Position numbers and translations under genes: made by a program
Part shown: positions 62,557 to 64,000 of the stretch, piece after piece
Layout of the letters: each line of letters begins with the position of its first letter
Numbering within the stretch: the stretch's first letter is position 1
The notes under the pieces: model-generated
What the model saw: only the letters and a program-made list of their open reading frames with translations
What the model was told of the DNA's origin: nothing
Database searches by the model: none
Source of the DNA: Bacilli bacterium
Lineage (GTDB): Bacteria; Bacillota_I; Bacilli_A; RF39; UBA660
Assembly (NCBI GenBank): GCA_037071015.1
Contig: JBAMOY010000001.1
Span: 1,072,847 to 1,136,846, forward strand
Reading direction: 5' to 3'
DNA: 64,000 nt

Positions 62557-63471
62557 ATGTCTTTTACAAGTGTAGTTAAGAATGAAATAATAAATTTAGA
62601 GGTTAATAAATTAGCTAAAATATCAGAATTATCCGCATTAGTTAAAAATACGGGAATATATCGTGAAAATATCAAAGTAACCACAGAAAATGCTGGCGTG
62701 GCTAGAAGAATTTTTAGTATGATCAAGGATTTATATAATATAAGCATCAAAATTACAGTAAGAAAAGGTTATAATTTTAATAAAAATTATATATATATTT
62801 TAGAAGTAAATAATAAGGTAGAAAAAATAATTACTGATCTCAATTTAGATAAAAATATTCCGGATAATTATTTGATCGACGATGAAGAGTTAAAAAGAGC
62901 ATATTTACGAGGCTTATTTTTAGCCTGTGGTAGTATAAATGACCCTAAAAAATCACGTTATCATTTAGAATTTTTAGTTTTAAATGCTGAATATGCTGAA
63001 TTTATTAATGCTTTATTAAACAGTTTTAATCTTAATAGCAAAACTATTAAAAGGGATAATAAATATATGATTTACTTAAAAGAAGCAGAAAAAATAGGTG
63101 ATTTTTTACGAATTATTAATGCTATTAATGCTTTGTTTTATTATGAGGATATTCGTATATATCGCGATCATAAAAACATGACTAATCGTTTAAATAATTG
63201 TGAACAAGCCAATGTTGATAAAATTATTGCCACAGCAACAAATCAAGTACGGGATATTGAGGTTATTAATAGTATTAAAGGTTTAAATTTGTTAGATGAT
63301 AAAACTAGAGAAGCGGCTATTTATCGTTTAAAATATCGTGAAGCTTCTTTGACTGAATTAAGCGAAATAATAACTTTAGAGACGGGTCACAGTATTACTA
63401 AATCTGGATTACATCATCGATTTAATAAAATAAAAAATATGGCTGATAAAATAAGAGAAAATTCAAATTGA
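62557..63471 (+). CDS. whiA: DNA-binding protein WhiA
   Basis: 304 aa. LAGLIDADG-like N-domain and C-terminal HTH. MSFTSVVKNEI start. Confidence 0.9.
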   Translation: MSFTSVVKNEIINLEVNKLAKISELSALVKNTGIYRENIKVTTENAGVARRIFSMIKDLYNISIKITVRKGYNFNKNYIYILEVNNKVEKIITDLNLDKNIPDNYLIDDEELKRAYLRGLFLACGSINDPKKSRYHLEFLVLNAEYAEFINALLNSFNLNSKTIKRDNKYMIYLKEAEKIGDFLRIINAINALFYYEDIRIYRDHKNMTNRLNNCEQANVDKIIATATNQVRDIEVINSIKGLNLLDDKTREAAIYRLKYREASLTELSEIITLETGHSITKSGLHHRFNKIKNMADKIRENSN

Positions 63472-63552
63472 CTTTTCTTTTTTATTTTGACGACAAAAGA
63501 TAGAAAATATAGTATAATATAATTACTTAAAAGTTTGAAAGACGGTGGGAAA

Positions 63553-63993
63553 ATGAAGGTTATCTTTTTAAAGGATGTAAAAGGTCAGGGTAAAAAAGGT
63601 GATATAAAAGAAGTTAAAGATGGTTATGGTAAAAACTTTTTAATTAAAAATGGTTATGCTGTACTAGCTACACAGACTGGACTAGAAAGACTAAATAATG
63701 AAAATAGAGAAAAGGCTTTGGCTGAAAAAGAAGAGATAAAAAAGTGTCAAGATATTAAAACAAAAATGGAAAAACTTGTATTTTCATTCAAAGTTAAGGT
63801 TGGTAATGGTGATCGTGTTTTTGGTAGTATAAGTGCCAAACAAATAGCTACAGAGTTATGTAACCGTGGGTTTTCTATAGACAAGAAGAAAATTAAAATG
63901 AATGTTCCATTGACAAATTTAGGTTATCATAATGTCGATATTGAATTACATAAAAAGGTTACAGCAACTATTCGTGTTCAATTGCTAAAGTAG
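63553..63993 (+). CDS. rplI: 50S ribosomal protein L9
   Basis: Start [21 protein letters not shown] (L9 N-terminus) with a GGTGGGA RBS. The track starts 6 codons earlier at TTG. Confidence 0.9.
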   Translation: MKVIFLKDVKGQGKKGDIKEVKDGYGKNFLIKNGYAVLATQTGLERLNNENREKALAEKEEIKKCQDIKTKMEKLVFSFKVKVGNGDRVFGSISAKQIATELCNRGFSIDKKKIKMNVPLTNLGYHNVDIELHKKVTATIRVQLLK

Positions 63994-64000
63994 GTAAAGT

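Overview
This window is the replication-origin region of a very AT-rich, low-GC Firmicute (Bacillota) chromosome. The standard genetic code is intact (TGA is a stop), so it is not a Mycoplasma-type code. The gene content suggests a spore-former (spoVT, bofA-like, ricT/yaaT, whiA). Gene order closely follows the Bacillus subtilis ori-proximal map.

Left arm (1 to about 46.9 kb), almost entirely on the minus strand:
- map' (partial), adk, secY and the spc/S10 ribosomal-protein cluster (L15 to S10). L30 is missing from its usual slot, S14 is the Zn-ribbon type, and L3 has an acidic C-terminal tail.
- gpsA on the plus strand, divergent from the S10 promoter.
- rpsF-ssb-rpsR, ychF, an AbgT-family transporter, a DUF951 ORF, mscS, parB and parA.
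- ftsH, tilS, ung, rsmA, a 3D-domain protein, tatD and metG. dut and metG sit behind a T-box leader.
- spoVT, mfd, pth, rsmI, yabB-like methyltransferase, ricT, holB, a bofA-like small ORF, recR, ybaB, dnaX and tadA.
- An SRP RNA (ffs) with a consensus promoter.
- gyrA, gyrB, recF, a ComK-family gene and dnaN.

Origin: dnaA sits between two DnaA-box clusters (a bipartite oriC at about 46.9-47.0 kb and 48.4-48.7 kb).

Right arm, entirely on the plus strand: rpmH, rnpA, yidC, jag, mnmE, a ZIP metal transporter, mnmG, rsmG, a Noc-like ParB paralog with a long acidic tail, uvrB, yvlD-like, lgt, trxB, yvcK, whiA and rplI.

The standout feature is a 575-bp perfect tandem array at 38941-39515, between gyrA and ffs. 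It has 17 copies of a 34-bp unit. Each unit carries an exact canonical parS palindrome (TGTTTCACGTGGAACA, reverse complement TGTTCCACGTGAAACA). This is a sopC-like chromosomal centromere array about 9 kb from oriC.

Other notable points: a ComK homolog between dnaN and recF, NBS-like half-site repeats upstream of the Noc-like gene, a T-box leader controlling a dut-metG bicistron, and structured rpsF and S10 leaders.
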